Part shown: piece after piece, positions 32,620 through 42,352 of the stretch
Position numbering within the stretch: the stretch's first letter is position 1
Layout: each line of letters starts with the position of its first letter
DNA from: Candidatus Norongarragalinales archaeon
GTDB taxonomy: Archaea > Micrarchaeota > Micrarchaeia > Norongarragalinales > DASYRB01
Assembly (NCBI GenBank): GCA_036004805.1
Contig: DASYRB010000022.1
Location: forward strand, 1 to 59,808
DNA: 59,808 nt
Reading direction: 5' to 3'
Notes under the pieces: model-generated
Told to the model about the DNA's origin: nothing
Database searches by the model: none
The model's input: the letters and a program-made list of their open reading frames with translations, nothing else
Translations under genes and position numbers: made by a program

Positions 32620-34389
32620 ATGCTCCGACAACCAATCATCACCATCCTCGGTCACGTCGACCACGGCAAAACAACGCTAGCAGACGCCATCAGAAACACC
32701 AAGGTTCAGGAACGTGAAGCGGGCGGAATCACGCAACACATCGGCGCGAGCGAAATTCCGACGGAAGTAGTGCGCGCGATCGCGAAAGACCTGATTGAGA
32801 AGTCGAAGCTCGAACTCACTGTTCCCGGCTTGTTGATGATCGACACGCCAGGACACGAAGCCTTTGCGAATCTTCGCAAACGTGGCGGCAGCATCGCAGA
32901 CTTGGCGATTCTTGTTATCGACATCAACCAAGGCATCCAAAACCAGACCATCGAAGCGATCGAGATTCTCAAGAGCTACAAGACGCCATTCATCGTCGCC
33001 GCGACCAAGATCGACGCGATCACGGGCTGGAGAGCGAACGAAGGCGACTCTTTCACTGATTCTTTTAATAAACAAAGACCCGACGTGCAGGCACGACTCG
33101 ACGAGCTGCTCTACAAACTGGTAGGACAGCTGTTCGAGTACGGATTCAACACCGAACGCTTCGACCGTGTAACGGACTTCACGAAACAAATACTCATAAT
33201 TCCAGTCAGCGGCCGGACGCGCGAAGGACTGCAAGAACTACTCATGTATGCCGCGGGTTTGTCGCAGCGATTCCTCGGCAAGCGTTTGGAACTTCACGAA
33301 GACACTCCCGCGCGGGGAAACATTCTCGAAGTGCGCGAAGAGAAAGGACTCGGCAAGACACTCGACGTCATTCTTTACGACGGCGTGCTGCATTCGGGCG
33401 ACACGATCGTTTTCGCCACCATTGACGGACCGGTAGCGAGCAAAGTCAAAGCGCTACTCAAACCGAAGCCTCTTGATGAGATGCGTGACCCGCGAGAAAA
33501 ATTCAAGCCCGTCGAAAGCGTCGGTGCAGCCGCAGGAGTCAAGATTTCTTGCCCGGACGCTGAAAAGGCGCTCGCGGGAAGCGAAGTGCTCGTCGCGCGA
33601 AACGAAGAAGAAATCGAACGCGCAAAAACCGAAGCCGCGAAACAGATTCACGAGGTAGTTTTCGAAAGCGAAAAAACAGGAGTCATAATCAAGGCCGACG
33701 CGCTCGGCACGCTCGAAGCAATCACCAAACTATTCCAGATAGAAAAAATTCCCGTCAAGCGCGCCGGCATCGGAAGAGTGAGCCGCAAGGAAATCGTGGA
33801 AGCCGAGAACGTGCACCAAAAAGACCCGTTCGCGGGAGTTTTGTTCGCGTTCAACGTACCCATCGAGGACGACGCGCGCGCAGAAGCGGAAAAGAACGGA
33901 ATCAAGATCTTCGAAGAGAAAGTCATCTACAACCTCATCCAAGGCTACCAAGCCTGGAAGGAAGAAGCGAAACAGCGCGAAAAGAAAGAAGCATTCGCAA
34001 GATTGACGCTGCCCGCGAAAGTGCGCGTGCTTGACGGCATGGTTTTCCGTGCGAGCGGACCATTCATCGCCGGAGTTGAGGTTCTCGAGGGCGTGATTCG
34101 TCGCGGTTATGAGTTGATGAGTGAGGAAGGCAAGCTCGTGGGCACGATCAGCGCCATACAGGTAGAGAAGAAGGGCGTGGAAGAAGCGAGGAAGGGACAG
34201 CAGGTCGCGATGTCCATGCCCGAACCAGTGCTCGGAAGGCAGGTTTTCGAAAAACAAGTACTCATTACGAACGTGCCGAAAGAAGACGCGAAAACGCTCG
34301 AGTCGAAATACGCGAAATCGCTATCGACGGAAGAGCTCGCATTGCTGAAGGAAATCAAGAAAATCAAGGGCTACACGCTGTTCGGATAG
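32620..34389 (+). CDS. infB: translation initiation factor aIF5B (IF-2)
   Basis: PIITILGHVDHGKTTLAD and DTPGHEAF GTPase motifs, 589 aa. Confidence 0.9.
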   Translation: MLRQPIITILGHVDHGKTTLADAIRNTKVQEREAGGITQHIGASEIPTEVVRAIAKDLIEKSKLELTVPGLLMIDTPGHEAFANLRKRGGSIADLAILVIDINQGIQNQTIEAIEILKSYKTPFIVAATKIDAITGWRANEGDSFTDSFNKQRPDVQARLDELLYKLVGQLFEYGFNTERFDRVTDFTKQILIIPVSGRTREGLQELLMYAAGLSQRFLGKRLELHEDTPARGNILEVREEKGLGKTLDVILYDGVLHSGDTIVFATIDGPVASKVKALLKPKPLDEMRDPREKFKPVESVGAAAGVKISCPDAEKALAGSEVLVARNEEEIERAKTEAAKQIHEVVFESEKTGVIIKADALGTLEAITKLFQIEKIPVKRAGIGRVSRKEIVEAENVHQKDPFAGVLFAFNVPIEDDARAEAEKNGIKIFEEKVIYNLIQGYQAWKEEAKQREKKEAFARLTLPAKVRVLDGMVFRASGPFIAGVEVLEGVIRRGYELMSEEGKLVGTISAIQVEKKGVEEARKGQQVAMSMPEPVLGRQVFEKQVLITNVPKEDAKTLESKYAKSLSTEELALLKEIKKIKGYTLFG

Positions 34390-34445
34390 GGCTTAAATAC
34401 CTCGAGCGACCCGATAGTTTTACAACTTTTTTACGAGAAGGAAGA

Positions 34446-34874
34446 TTGATTTTGAAACTAGTAGTTAACGACCCAAAGGCAGGAAAATCCTACCAAAAAG
34501 AAGTCGAAAAAGCCAAGGAAGGCATGCTCCTCGGACGCAAGATCGGAGAAGCGGTAGAGGGCAGCGTCATCGGCCTCGAAGGCTACAACCTCAAGGTCAC
34601 TGGCGGCACTGACAAGGACGGCTTCCCCATGCGACCCGAAATCCCCGGACAGCGACGCGTTATCACTTACATGACGAAAGGCAAGGGCGTACGCGCATCT
34701 TACAAGGGCGTGCGCTTGCGCAAGCGGGTCGCGGGCAACACCGTCGCGGCCAACACGATGCAAGTCAACAGCGTAGTCACACAGCACGGCTCCAAACCAT
34801 TGAGCGAATACGGCTTTGTCTCAACGCCGAAAGAAGCGAAGGAAGAAGGCGCGAAGAAAGGCAAAAAGAAATAA
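34446..34874 (+). CDS. rps6e: ribosomal protein S6e
   Basis: KLVVNDPKAGKSYQKEV..LKVTGGTDKDGFPMR. Confidence 0.85.
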   Translation: MILKLVVNDPKAGKSYQKEVEKAKEGMLLGRKIGEAVEGSVIGLEGYNLKVTGGTDKDGFPMRPEIPGQRRVITYMTKGKGVRASYKGVRLRKRVAGNTVAANTMQVNSVVTQHGSKPLSEYGFVSTPKEAKEEGAKKGKKK

Positions 34875-34908
34875 AGCCTACGAATTGACGAACCGTTCTT
34901 TTTTCTAA

Positions 34909-35448
34909 ATGGTACAGCTGCTCTACAAGGGAGTCGTCATCAACGCCAAGCAAGGCGACCTCGTTCTCGAAGACTCGAAAGCAATAGTCAATCCAGCCAA
35001 CAGCAACGGCCAAATGTCGACGGGCGTCGGTCTCGCGATCAAGAACGCCGCGGGCGAACAAGTCGAAAAGGACGCGATGGCCACAGCGCCACTTCCCATA
35101 GGAAGAGCGATTGGCACGCCGTCAGGCAAAAAGCTCAAAGCGCGTTTAGTGATTCATTCGCCCACGCTGGGGCGTCCTGGTGAAAAGTCGAGCGCGCAGA
35201 ACATCGACAAAGCCGTCACCGCAGCCCTGCGCACCGCCACCCAGCTCGGCGTAAGCTCGATATCGTTTCCAGCAATGGGTGCAGGAGCCGGTAAGGTTCC
35301 TTTGGAAGAAGCCGCGCGAGTAATGGTGCAAAGTATTCGTTTCTATCTCGACAAGAACCCGACGAGCACCGTGAAAGAAATCCGTCTAGTAGCGTTGGAT
35401 GAGTCGGTGTTGAAAGCGTTCGACGAAGCGTTGCTGCAACTGCGTTAG
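34909..35448 (+). CDS. macro domain (ADP-ribose binding/hydrolase) protein
   Basis: IVNPANSNGQMSTGVGLAIKNAAG and SISFPAMGAGAG. Confidence 0.75.
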   Translation: MVQLLYKGVVINAKQGDLVLEDSKAIVNPANSNGQMSTGVGLAIKNAAGEQVEKDAMATAPLPIGRAIGTPSGKKLKARLVIHSPTLGRPGEKSSAQNIDKAVTAALRTATQLGVSSISFPAMGAGAGKVPLEEAARVMVQSIRFYLDKNPTSTVKEIRLVALDESVLKAFDEALLQLR

Positions 35449-35456
35449 AAAATGCA

Positions 35457-35738
35457 TTAGGAGACGTCGAGGTGCGTTTCGTACATGAACGCGGCGTCCT
35501 TGTGCTTCTTTTTCTTCAGCGTTTCAGTGACGTGCTTGACGATTTCTTTCGACGAGACGCGTTTTTTCTTTCTCGCCCAAGCATGAACCACCTTGGCGAC
35601 AGAGTGCGCCACGCTCTCGCAGCCTCGTTCTTTCATGCCGCTGTTTTGACAAGCGGCGTAGACGCTGCCGTAGACTTTTTTGCGGTCGAACCTTTCCTCA
35701 CGACCGCGTCTTTTGACGACTGCCTGCATCAAAACCAT
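35457..35738 (-). CDS. ATP-cone domain protein
   Basis: VVKRRGREERFDRKKVYGSVYAA pattern. Start moved to ATG 35738 to avoid overlap with ccdA. Confidence 0.55.
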   Translation of the reverse strand: MVLMQAVVKRRGREERFDRKKVYGSVYAACQNSGMKERGCESVAHSVAKVVHAWARKKKRVSSKEIVKHVTETLKKKKHKDAAFMYETHLDVS

Positions 35739-35748
35739 TTCTAATTTT

Positions 35749-36459
35749 TCACCCGATGTTCCACGTTCCATTAGCGATAAGCATCAAAACCCAACTCAAC
35801 GCGATAAGCATCAAGCCAATGCCGAGGCGCAGGTATGGACGCGTTTCCTGTTTCCAGCGCTTGATGTCCACAATGTTCTGACCGAAATACGCGAGCAACA
35901 ATATGATCACGAGTGGGAGTACGTAGAACACGTTGTAAATGAGCAGCAGGAGGAACGCGGTGAAGTCGAAGTTCTGCGACAACAAGTTCGTAATAGCCAG
36001 ATAGGCGCCGCCCGTGCATGGCAGCTCGACGGCCGCGACGAAAGCGCCCAGGAACAACAGTCCCGGCACCGTTACGGTCTTCGCCATTTTGTGAATCTTC
36101 TTGGCTTGTTCGGGAGGAATCGCGAGCGAAACGCCTTGTCCATACCAGAAAAAGTCCTTGACCTCGATCACTCCCGCAGTGAGTACGATGAAAGCCACGC
36201 CTATGGAGATGTATTCGGCCACCGCGATCGGAATCAAGCTGAAGCCGTACGTCAGGCCCAGGCCCGCAAGCAGGTACGTGAGGTAGATGCCTGCGATGTA
36301 GATGAAACCGATGCGCAGCAGGTCGCTCTTGCGCTTCATCGCGGTGACTGTAGAAATGAGCAAAACCATTACGCCGATCGCGCAAGGGTTGACGCTGTCA
36401 ATCATTGCCGCTCCTATGAGCGTGGTGAGGAACGGCGCTGTGAATCCTATTGCAGACAT
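35749..36459 (-). CDS. ccdA: CcdA/DsbD-family thiol-disulfide transporter membrane protein
   Basis: DSVNPCAIGV and ELPCTGGAYL motifs, 6 TM helices. Confidence 0.75.
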   Translation of the reverse strand: MSAIGFTAPFLTTLIGAAMIDSVNPCAIGVMVLLISTVTAMKRKSDLLRIGFIYIAGIYLTYLLAGLGLTYGFSLIPIAVAEYISIGVAFIVLTAGVIEVKDFFWYGQGVSLAIPPEQAKKIHKMAKTVTVPGLLFLGAFVAAVELPCTGGAYLAITNLLSQNFDFTAFLLLLIYNVFYVLPLVIILLLAYFGQNIVDIKRWKQETRPYLRLGIGLMLIALSWVLMLIANGTWNIG

Positions 36460-36463
36460 TTGC

Positions 36464-37204
36464 TTATGGTGCCTCTTTCAAACTCGTATTGACCAAGCTC
36501 GCGGGCTTGTCGGTGAAAACTATTTTGATGCGGTCTCCCGGCGGAACGTGCGAGTCAGGGAAGAAAACGTGGTCCGGAGCGTCGGGTGTGAGTGCGCCGT
36601 TGATGAAGACCATGAGTGTTCCTGGTCGTCCGTTAGGGCATTGGTCGCCGTTCGTGAAAGACTTCAAGCCGCTAGCGGTCGGAAACACGAGCGTGTCTTC
36701 CGTGAGCTGTCCACCGATTTCCGTGAAGTATTGTCCGAGGTCGGCGTCTTGTTTATGGATCAGCACGCCCTCGACGTGAATCCTGTCGTCCTGGTGGCTG
36801 TGGAAGAGTGGCGAGCCTACCTTGTTTATCCAGAAGTCTTTCGGAGGAACGAGTTCGAGTCTTTCTCCGCAAGCCCAAACCTCGTAGTCCGCATGCCAGT
36901 GCACCGGGCCGCCGCTCTCGCTCTTCAAGTTCAACAACATGCTGAAACCAGCGAGGTAAACGGAAGAAAAAACCGCGGGCACCGCGATGAGCAGGAACAA
37001 GAGCTTCTTGTCATCGCCGCTTAACGCGTCGCGCTTCCATAACGCGAAAAACAACGCGAGAGCTATCAGAAAAACCGCGCCTTGAATTATCGACGTGGGC
37101 GCGGGAAGGCCTAGAAATTCTTCAGGCGGGATGGTAGTGCCGCCGGCGCCGTGCGCGCTCGCAAGCAACGACAGCGAGAGCAAAGCCAGCAGGAATATCT
37201 TCAT
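36464..37204 (-). CDS. secreted or membrane-anchored hypothetical protein co-transcribed with ccdA
   Basis: Signal peptide plus a second TM helix. His-rich PVHWHADYEVWACGE and HSHQDDRIHVEG. Confidence 0.45.
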   Translation of the reverse strand: MKIFLLALLSLSLLASAHGAGGTTIPPEEFLGLPAPTSIIQGAVFLIALALFFALWKRDALSGDDKKLLFLLIAVPAVFSSVYLAGFSMLLNLKSESGGPVHWHADYEVWACGERLELVPPKDFWINKVGSPLFHSHQDDRIHVEGVLIHKQDADLGQYFTEIGGQLTEDTLVFPTASGLKSFTNGDQCPNGRPGTLMVFINGALTPDAPDHVFFPDSHVPPGDRIKIVFTDKPASLVNTSLKEAP

Positions 37205-37390
37205 TTTTCGAGGGTTTCCCTAAAGAAAACATTTTTTTTTCGGAGTTGGTACTAAGAAGTTTTGTGCTTTTTTTCAGCAGTACTCGCAGGTCATCGGTTT
37301 TTTCGACTTGCCCGACTTCTTTGCGGGAGCTTTTTTCGCTTTTGCTTTGGCCATAAGGAGTGGGAAAGAAGCAGAGGTTTATAGAGGTTT

Positions 37391-37873
37391 TCAGCGTGCT
37401 CTCGCAGCGACCTGTTGCGTCTCACGCGTCGCGCTCAGCACGTCCCTCGCGTTGTTCTCGGGAACCACTTTCTCAAAAACAGCTTTGACTTTGCCGTCGG
37501 TGCTGATGACGTAAGTGTTGCGCATCACGCCCTGCACTTTCTTGCCGTAAAGATTTTTTTCGCCCCAAGCGCCGTAAAGCTTGTGCACCTTCGCATCGGG
37601 ATCGCTCAAGAGTGGAAAGTTGAGGTTGTACTTGGCAATGAATCGCTTGTGGCTCGCCGCATCATCTCTCGAAATGCCGAGCAAGACTGCCTTGTGACTG
37701 ATGCTTCGCAAAGAATCACGGAAGTTGCACGCTTGCACCGTGCATCCGGGCGTGTCGTCTTTCGGATAGAAATAAAGAACGACTGTTTTGCCGCGCATTT
37801 CGGACAGAGTGTAAGTCCTGCCGTCGCTGGCTTTCAGCGTAAAGTCCGGCGCCTTGTCTCCAACCTTAACCAT
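37391..37873 (-). CDS. bcp: peroxiredoxin Bcp (AhpC/TSA family)
   Basis: [19 protein letters not shown]. Confidence 0.85.
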   Translation of the reverse strand: MVKVGDKAPDFTLKASDGRTYTLSEMRGKTVVLYFYPKDDTPGCTVQACNFRDSLRSISHKAVLLGISRDDAASHKRFIAKYNLNFPLLSDPDAKVHKLYGAWGEKNLYGKKVQGVMRNTYVISTDGKVKAVFEKVVPENNARDVLSATRETQQVAARAR

Positions 37874-37909
37874 TTTCCCAATTCCCCCGATATCTACAAA
37901 AATATTTTT

Positions 37910-38539
37910 TTAGTGGTGCGTCATTTGTCGCGCTTCAACCATTCTCAATGCCTTGACTTTCTGGTTGATGTAGTCCCAGTTGATGCTGGGCATGAACGAG
38001 TCGATATACTTCTTGCGCGCAGTGCCGTAATCCATGAAGTAAGCGTGCTCGTAAACGTCCAGGATCAACAGCGTGCTGCAGTCCCAAACGCCCTCGCTGT
38101 GCATGTCGCAAAGATAGTTGTGCAGGCGCATGTCGTCCCAGTTTAACGCGAGAACGACCCAGCCGCGCGCAGCGAGTCCCATCGCGCGGAACTCCGCCTC
38201 CCACTTTTCATAAGAGCCGAAGTCTTGCTTGATCAAATCAAGAATGGGTCCGGATGGCGCTTGCTGGTGTCCAGTAAGGTTCTCAAAATATCCTTCGTGC
38301 AAATAGATGGCGTTGGTCGCAAAAACCTCTTCCTTCTTCAGAGAGCGGAGGTCGCTGTAAGTGCCGTTCGCAGTAGAGAGGTCTACTTTCTCGAGCTTGT
38401 CCTCGATCTCGGAGAGCTTTTTGATGTAGCCCGTGTAGAGGACGTCGTGGTGTTCGGATAACTGTTTTTCGGAAAGTCCGTTGAGGGATTTGTATTTTAG
38501 TGGCTTGACTGGACGTTCGATCTTCACGAAAAAACCCAC
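37910..38539 (-). CDS. sod: Fe/Mn superoxide dismutase
   Basis: HHDVLYTGYI and DVYEHAYFMDYG. Confidence 0.85.
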   Translation of the reverse strand: MGFFVKIERPVKPLKYKSLNGLSEKQLSEHHDVLYTGYIKKLSEIEDKLEKVDLSTANGTYSDLRSLKKEEVFATNAIYLHEGYFENLTGHQQAPSGPILDLIKQDFGSYEKWEAEFRAMGLAARGWVVLALNWDDMRLHNYLCDMHSEGVWDCSTLLILDVYEHAYFMDYGTARKKYIDSFMPSINWDYINQKVKALRMVEARQMTHH

Positions 38540-38582
38540 CTCGAAAAAGTTCTGTTAGGCAATAGAACGCGTTTCGGATTAA

Positions 38583-39365
38583 TTAACCGAATCCTTCGTG
38601 CTTCACGTGAGTCGTTGGCACGCCGAGTCCCTTGAGGAACTTGCTCATGTCCAACGCGAACTCCGTACCGCCGCAAATAAAGAAAAACTTGCCCTCGAAA
38701 CTGCCCAAGTGTTCGTGCAGGAACGGCGCGTCAATCCTTCCACGACAGCCGCCCCATTCTTCCTCGGGAGGACAGCGCGTGAGCGTCGATACCATTTTGA
38801 AGTGCGGATTGCGCTTTTCGAGGTCGACGAGCTCGTGGTGGTAGATGATGTCGCCCTTCGTTTTGTTGGTGTATAGCAGCGTGATCTTGTTCTCGAGCTT
38901 GTGATCGGTCGCGAAACGAATCATGCTCATCATCGGCGTCACACCCACTCCAGCCGCTACGAACACGCACTGCGCGTGCTTTTCCGGGTCAAAAACGAAC
39001 AAACCGAAAGGACCGTTCAGGCCGACCTTGTCGCCCTCTTTCATCTTGAACGCTTTCGGAGTAAAGCCGCCGCCCGGCTTGAGCTTGATAGTGAAATCAA
39101 GATGATCGGGTGTGGTGGGCGAACTGGAAATGCTGTAGGGCCTTCCCTCGTCCCAAGCGCCGTCCGGGCGCGTGCTGAACAAGCTGTACCATTGTCCCGG
39201 CTTGAACTTGAACTCGCGGCCGTCCTCGGCACGCACACTGACCGTGATAGTGTCGTGCGTCTCGTGCTTTACGCGCGTGACGCGTCCGGCGAAAACTGTG
39301 GGCGGAATGGGTGGAGCCAAAGGGTAAAAACGGACCTCTAAATATGTGAAATAAGCTAGTAACAA
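38583..39365 (-). CDS. FNR-family FAD/NAD(P)-binding oxidoreductase
   Basis: RPYSISS (RxYS FAD motif) and AAGVGVTPMMSM (NAD(P) motif). Confidence 0.7.
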   Translation of the reverse strand: MLLAYFTYLEVRFYPLAPPIPPTVFAGRVTRVKHETHDTITVSVRAEDGREFKFKPGQWYSLFSTRPDGAWDEGRPYSISSSPTTPDHLDFTIKLKPGGGFTPKAFKMKEGDKVGLNGPFGLFVFDPEKHAQCVFVAAGVGVTPMMSMIRFATDHKLENKITLLYTNKTKGDIIYHHELVDLEKRNPHFKMVSTLTRCPPEEEWGGCRGRIDAPFLHEHLGSFEGKFFFICGGTEFALDMSKFLKGLGVPTTHVKHEGFG

Positions 39366-39437
39366 TTTGTTTGTTGATTGTCGAATTTAAGGTCTTTTGC
39401 GAGCCGTTTTAATACGACAATTCTCAATGTTTATACT

Positions 39438-40013
39438 ATGAATTCAAACCTCAACGCTCCAACCGTCACTCGCCAAAACACCATCGGCGAAGTCGTCGCA
39501 AAGTATCCAGCACTCGTAGACACACTGGAAGACTTCGGCCTTCACTGCGTAGGCTGCAGCGTCTCCCCATTCGAAACCCTAGAAAGCGGCGCAAAAGGAC
39601 ACGGCATGAAAGACGCACAGATCGACGCAATGATCGACGCGGTCAACAAGTTCATCGCCAAACACAAAGACACCGCCAAAACCGGAAAGCTCGTCGAAAT
39701 CACTGAAAACGCTGCTTCACACTTGAAACGATTAATGGAGAAGGAAGGCAAGCCGAACAGCGGCCTTCGATTGCAACTCGTTCCCGGTGGATGCGCCGGC
39801 TTTTCGTACCAAATGGAGTTCGAAGAAAGCCCCACCGCAAATGATGAAGTGATCGAGACTCAAGGAATAAAGATTTTCTTCGAAAAGGACTCTGCAACCC
39901 ACATCCAAGGCACCGTGATCGACTACCGTGACTCGCTGCGCGGCGCTGGCTTCGTGATGAACAACCCGAACGCGAAATCATCTTGTGGTTGCGGACACTC
40001 TTCAGGATTCTAA
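39438..40013 (+). CDS. fusion of a DUF1858-like redox-disulfide domain and an IscA/HesB A-type Fe-S carrier
   Basis: N-terminal TIGEVVAKYPALVDTLEDFGLHCVGCSVSPFETLE. C-terminal LVPGGCAGFSY and SCGCGHSSGF. Confidence 0.7.
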   Translation: MNSNLNAPTVTRQNTIGEVVAKYPALVDTLEDFGLHCVGCSVSPFETLESGAKGHGMKDAQIDAMIDAVNKFIAKHKDTAKTGKLVEITENAASHLKRLMEKEGKPNSGLRLQLVPGGCAGFSYQMEFEESPTANDEVIETQGIKIFFEKDSATHIQGTVIDYRDSLRGAGFVMNNPNAKSSCGCGHSSGF

Positions 40014-40039
40014 AAACCTCAAAGGAATTTGTACTAAAA

Positions 40040-40297
40040 ATGGCTTTCAGAATAGAACACGACAGGCCCAACTGCATCGGCTGCGCCGCATGCGCCTCAA
40101 TCAATCCAGATTTTTGGAAAATGAGTGACGAAGACGGCAAGAGCGACGTCGTAGGATCAACACTCGAACCTGTTACTGGATGGGAAAAGATGGACATCGA
40201 AGAAAAAGACTATACGCTCAACAAGCAAGCAGCCGACGCGTGCCCCGTCAACGTCATTCACTTAGTGAAGAAGGATACGGGCGAACGCATCATCTAA
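40040..40297 (+). CDS. small ferredoxin
   Basis: CIGCAACASINP ... ACPVNVI cluster ligands, 85 aa. Confidence 0.65.
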   Translation: MAFRIEHDRPNCIGCAACASINPDFWKMSDEDGKSDVVGSTLEPVTGWEKMDIEEKDYTLNKQAADACPVNVIHLVKKDTGERII

Positions 40298-40327
40298 CTT
40301 TTTAACTCCACGAACGCCTCTTTTTTC

Positions 40328-40633
40328 GTGAAAAGCGAACAACACCCAGCTGAGAAGCTCTTCCGAAAACTGGACGATCTCGGAGTTACCAGACGCTTCC
40401 CACACGGCACGAAAGAAAACATCACAACACTACTACTAGTCGCGCCCTGGCACACCGCCGTGCAGGCTAAAGAGGAAATCAAAAAACACTTCTCCGAAAC
40501 GAAACACCCATTCACAATACGCGACTACGAAGTCGGCGGCATCAGAGCCTCCAAAGGCATCGAGATCCGAACCGGAAAAGAGCTAGCCAGCCACCTCAAA
40601 CTACTCGCTTCAAAACTCGCGCCCTACCACTAA
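40328..40633 (+). CDS. hypothetical protein
   Basis: ORF only. No motif. Confidence 0.35.
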   Translation: MKSEQHPAEKLFRKLDDLGVTRRFPHGTKENITTLLLVAPWHTAVQAKEEIKKHFSETKHPFTIRDYEVGGIRASKGIEIRTGKELASHLKLLASKLAPYH

Positions 40634-40634
40634 A

Positions 40635-41207
40635 ATGAAAGAACGCAAACGCCTCGAAAAAGCGCTCTTCCAAGTCTACACCGGCGACGGCAAAGGCAAA
40701 ACAACGGCGGCAATGGGTCTCGCGCTTCGAGCAGCGGGACACGATCTACGCGTTCTAATAATTCAGTTCCTAAAGGGCGGCGGTTTCACTGGAGAGTTTC
40801 TCGCTTTCAAAAAGTTCAGTAACGTAGAGTACCACCAGTTCGGGCCGTCTGCTGATTATGCTGAAAAAGTAAAGGAGAATGAGCGCAAGGTCGGTTCCGA
40901 GTTTTTCACACGCGAAAACAAAAAACTCGTAAACCAAGGTCTCGAAATGGCCGAGAAAGCAGTCAAGAGCGGAGACTACGACCTAGTTATTTTAGACGAG
41001 TTGAACGTCGCCGTCAATTTCGGAGATGCAGATCTGAAACGCGTTCTTGCGCTGATTGATTCGCGCAACCCGCAAACAGAGCTCGTGATTACGGGACGTG
41101 GCGCACCGCTGCCGATTCAAGAAAAAGCGGACCTCGTGACGGAAATGAAATTGATCAAACACCCATTCCAGAAAGGCATCCTGGCGAGATGGGGAATAGA
41201 GTACTGA
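40635..41207 (+). CDS. cobO: cob(I)alamin/corrinoid adenosyltransferase (CobA/CobO/BtuR family)
   Basis: VYTGDGKGKTTAAMGLALRAAGHDLRVLIIQFLKG and ILDELN. Confidence 0.75.
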   Translation: MKERKRLEKALFQVYTGDGKGKTTAAMGLALRAAGHDLRVLIIQFLKGGGFTGEFLAFKKFSNVEYHQFGPSADYAEKVKENERKVGSEFFTRENKKLVNQGLEMAEKAVKSGDYDLVILDELNVAVNFGDADLKRVLALIDSRNPQTELVITGRGAPLPIQEKADLVTEMKLIKHPFQKGILARWGIEY

Positions 41208-41677
41208 AAAAAATCATGGCTTACGAGTTTGGAAGAAGACCACGCGCAGGGCCAACCTCGCCACTGCGACGCTGGTCCGTATTCGAGGGAGAACTCAAAA
41301 AAATAACTGAAAGAATCGGCTTCATACCAGTAACAAGCGACTTCAAAGCACTAGACCGCGGCGACCTCATCAGCGCGTCTCATCATCATGGCGGGCTACG
41401 GATCGCGTTGCAAAAATTTGCAGATCAACATCCAGAGATCGAAAAGAAAATCTTCCCAAGATTCGCAACACCAATACTTCCAGAACGACTGGGCAAAATC
41501 GGTCCAGAACGCTACCAGCTAATCAAAAGACTAGCAATCCTGCACGCCTACAACGCCGAAGACATCGCCTGGCGAATCGGAGTCAGCAAAGAAGAAGTAC
41601 AAAAATACCTAGAAATCGTCAAAGAAGCCGAACAAGTACGCGCTTCACGACTCAAAAAATTCGGCAGAACACAATGA
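41189..41677 (+). CDS. hypothetical basic protein with a W-x2-F-E..HGG module
   Basis: RRWSVFEGELKKITERIGFIP..HHHGGLRIALQKF. ATG 41217 is an alternative start. Confidence 0.4.
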   Translation: MGNRVLKKIMAYEFGRRPRAGPTSPLRRWSVFEGELKKITERIGFIPVTSDFKALDRGDLISASHHHGGLRIALQKFADQHPEIEKKIFPRFATPILPERLGKIGPERYQLIKRLAILHAYNAEDIAWRIGVSKEEVQKYLEIVKEAEQVRASRLKKFGRTQ

Positions 41678-41964
41678 GCGAAATAAGAATCACCCACATA
41701 AGACGTGCGCCATCCGCAAGCCCGCCAAGACAATACAGACCACAAAGATTCGTGAACTACGGTGACGTATGGGCACGTTTCAGAACATGGAGAAACTTTG
41801 AAACAGAATTCAAAAGAGCATTCGGCAACACCTGGCCATCAAGAAAACAACTCAAAGGACACCAGAAAGGCGGACAATTCCAAAACGCGATAATGTTCCA
41901 CGGCGGAGCACAACGCGTAAGACAAAACCTAGGAATGATCAAAAAATCAAGACGAATAATCTAA
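41674..41964 (+). CDS. hypothetical basic protein with the same W-x2-F-E..HGG module
   Basis: RTWRNFETEFKRAFGNTWP..MFHGGAQRVRQNL. ATGA overlap with the upstream gene. Confidence 0.4.
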   Translation: MSEIRITHIRRAPSASPPRQYRPQRFVNYGDVWARFRTWRNFETEFKRAFGNTWPSRKQLKGHQKGGQFQNAIMFHGGAQRVRQNLGMIKKSRRII

Positions 41965-42329
41965 CGCGGACGCTCCACGCGCTCGAGTTCTTGTTCAAAT
42001 TCTTTCTGACTAATTTTTCCCGCCTCGTGTTTCCACTTCACGAAAGCAGCCATTCCGCCCGCAACGTTCTCACAATTCGCGAATCCGGCGGCGTGAAGAA
42101 TGCCACAAGCCGCTTGCGAGCGGTTGCCGTGCGCGCAAATAGTCACGACGCGCTTCGTTTTTGGCACTTCGTCGATCACTTTCGCGATCTGCATCAACGG
42201 CACGTGTCGGGCTTGAGGAATGTGCAAACTATTCCACTCGATAGGCATGCGCACGTCAATCAACACCAGGTCTTCTCTCGCGTCGAGTGCGTGTTGCAGT
42301 TCTGCAGGCGAGATGTTCTTGATGGACAT
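41961..42329 (-). CDS. rhodanese-domain sulfurtransferase
   Basis: LIDVRMPIEWNSLHIPQARHVP and the active-site loop CAHGNRS. Start moved to ATG 42329. Confidence 0.75.
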   Translation of the reverse strand: MSIKNISPAELQHALDAREDLVLIDVRMPIEWNSLHIPQARHVPLMQIAKVIDEVPKTKRVVTICAHGNRSQAACGILHAAGFANCENVAGGMAAFVKWKHEAGKISQKEFEQELERVERPR

Positions 42330-42352
42330 TTGTAGAATCGTGTTTTTTGTGG

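Noticed and set aside
37274-37354. A 26-aa Lys-rich ORF (MAKAKAKKAPAKKSGKSKKPMTCEYC) between bcp and the secreted-protein gene.
   Set aside because: It is too short, low in complexity, and has no ribosome-binding or promoter signal I can support.
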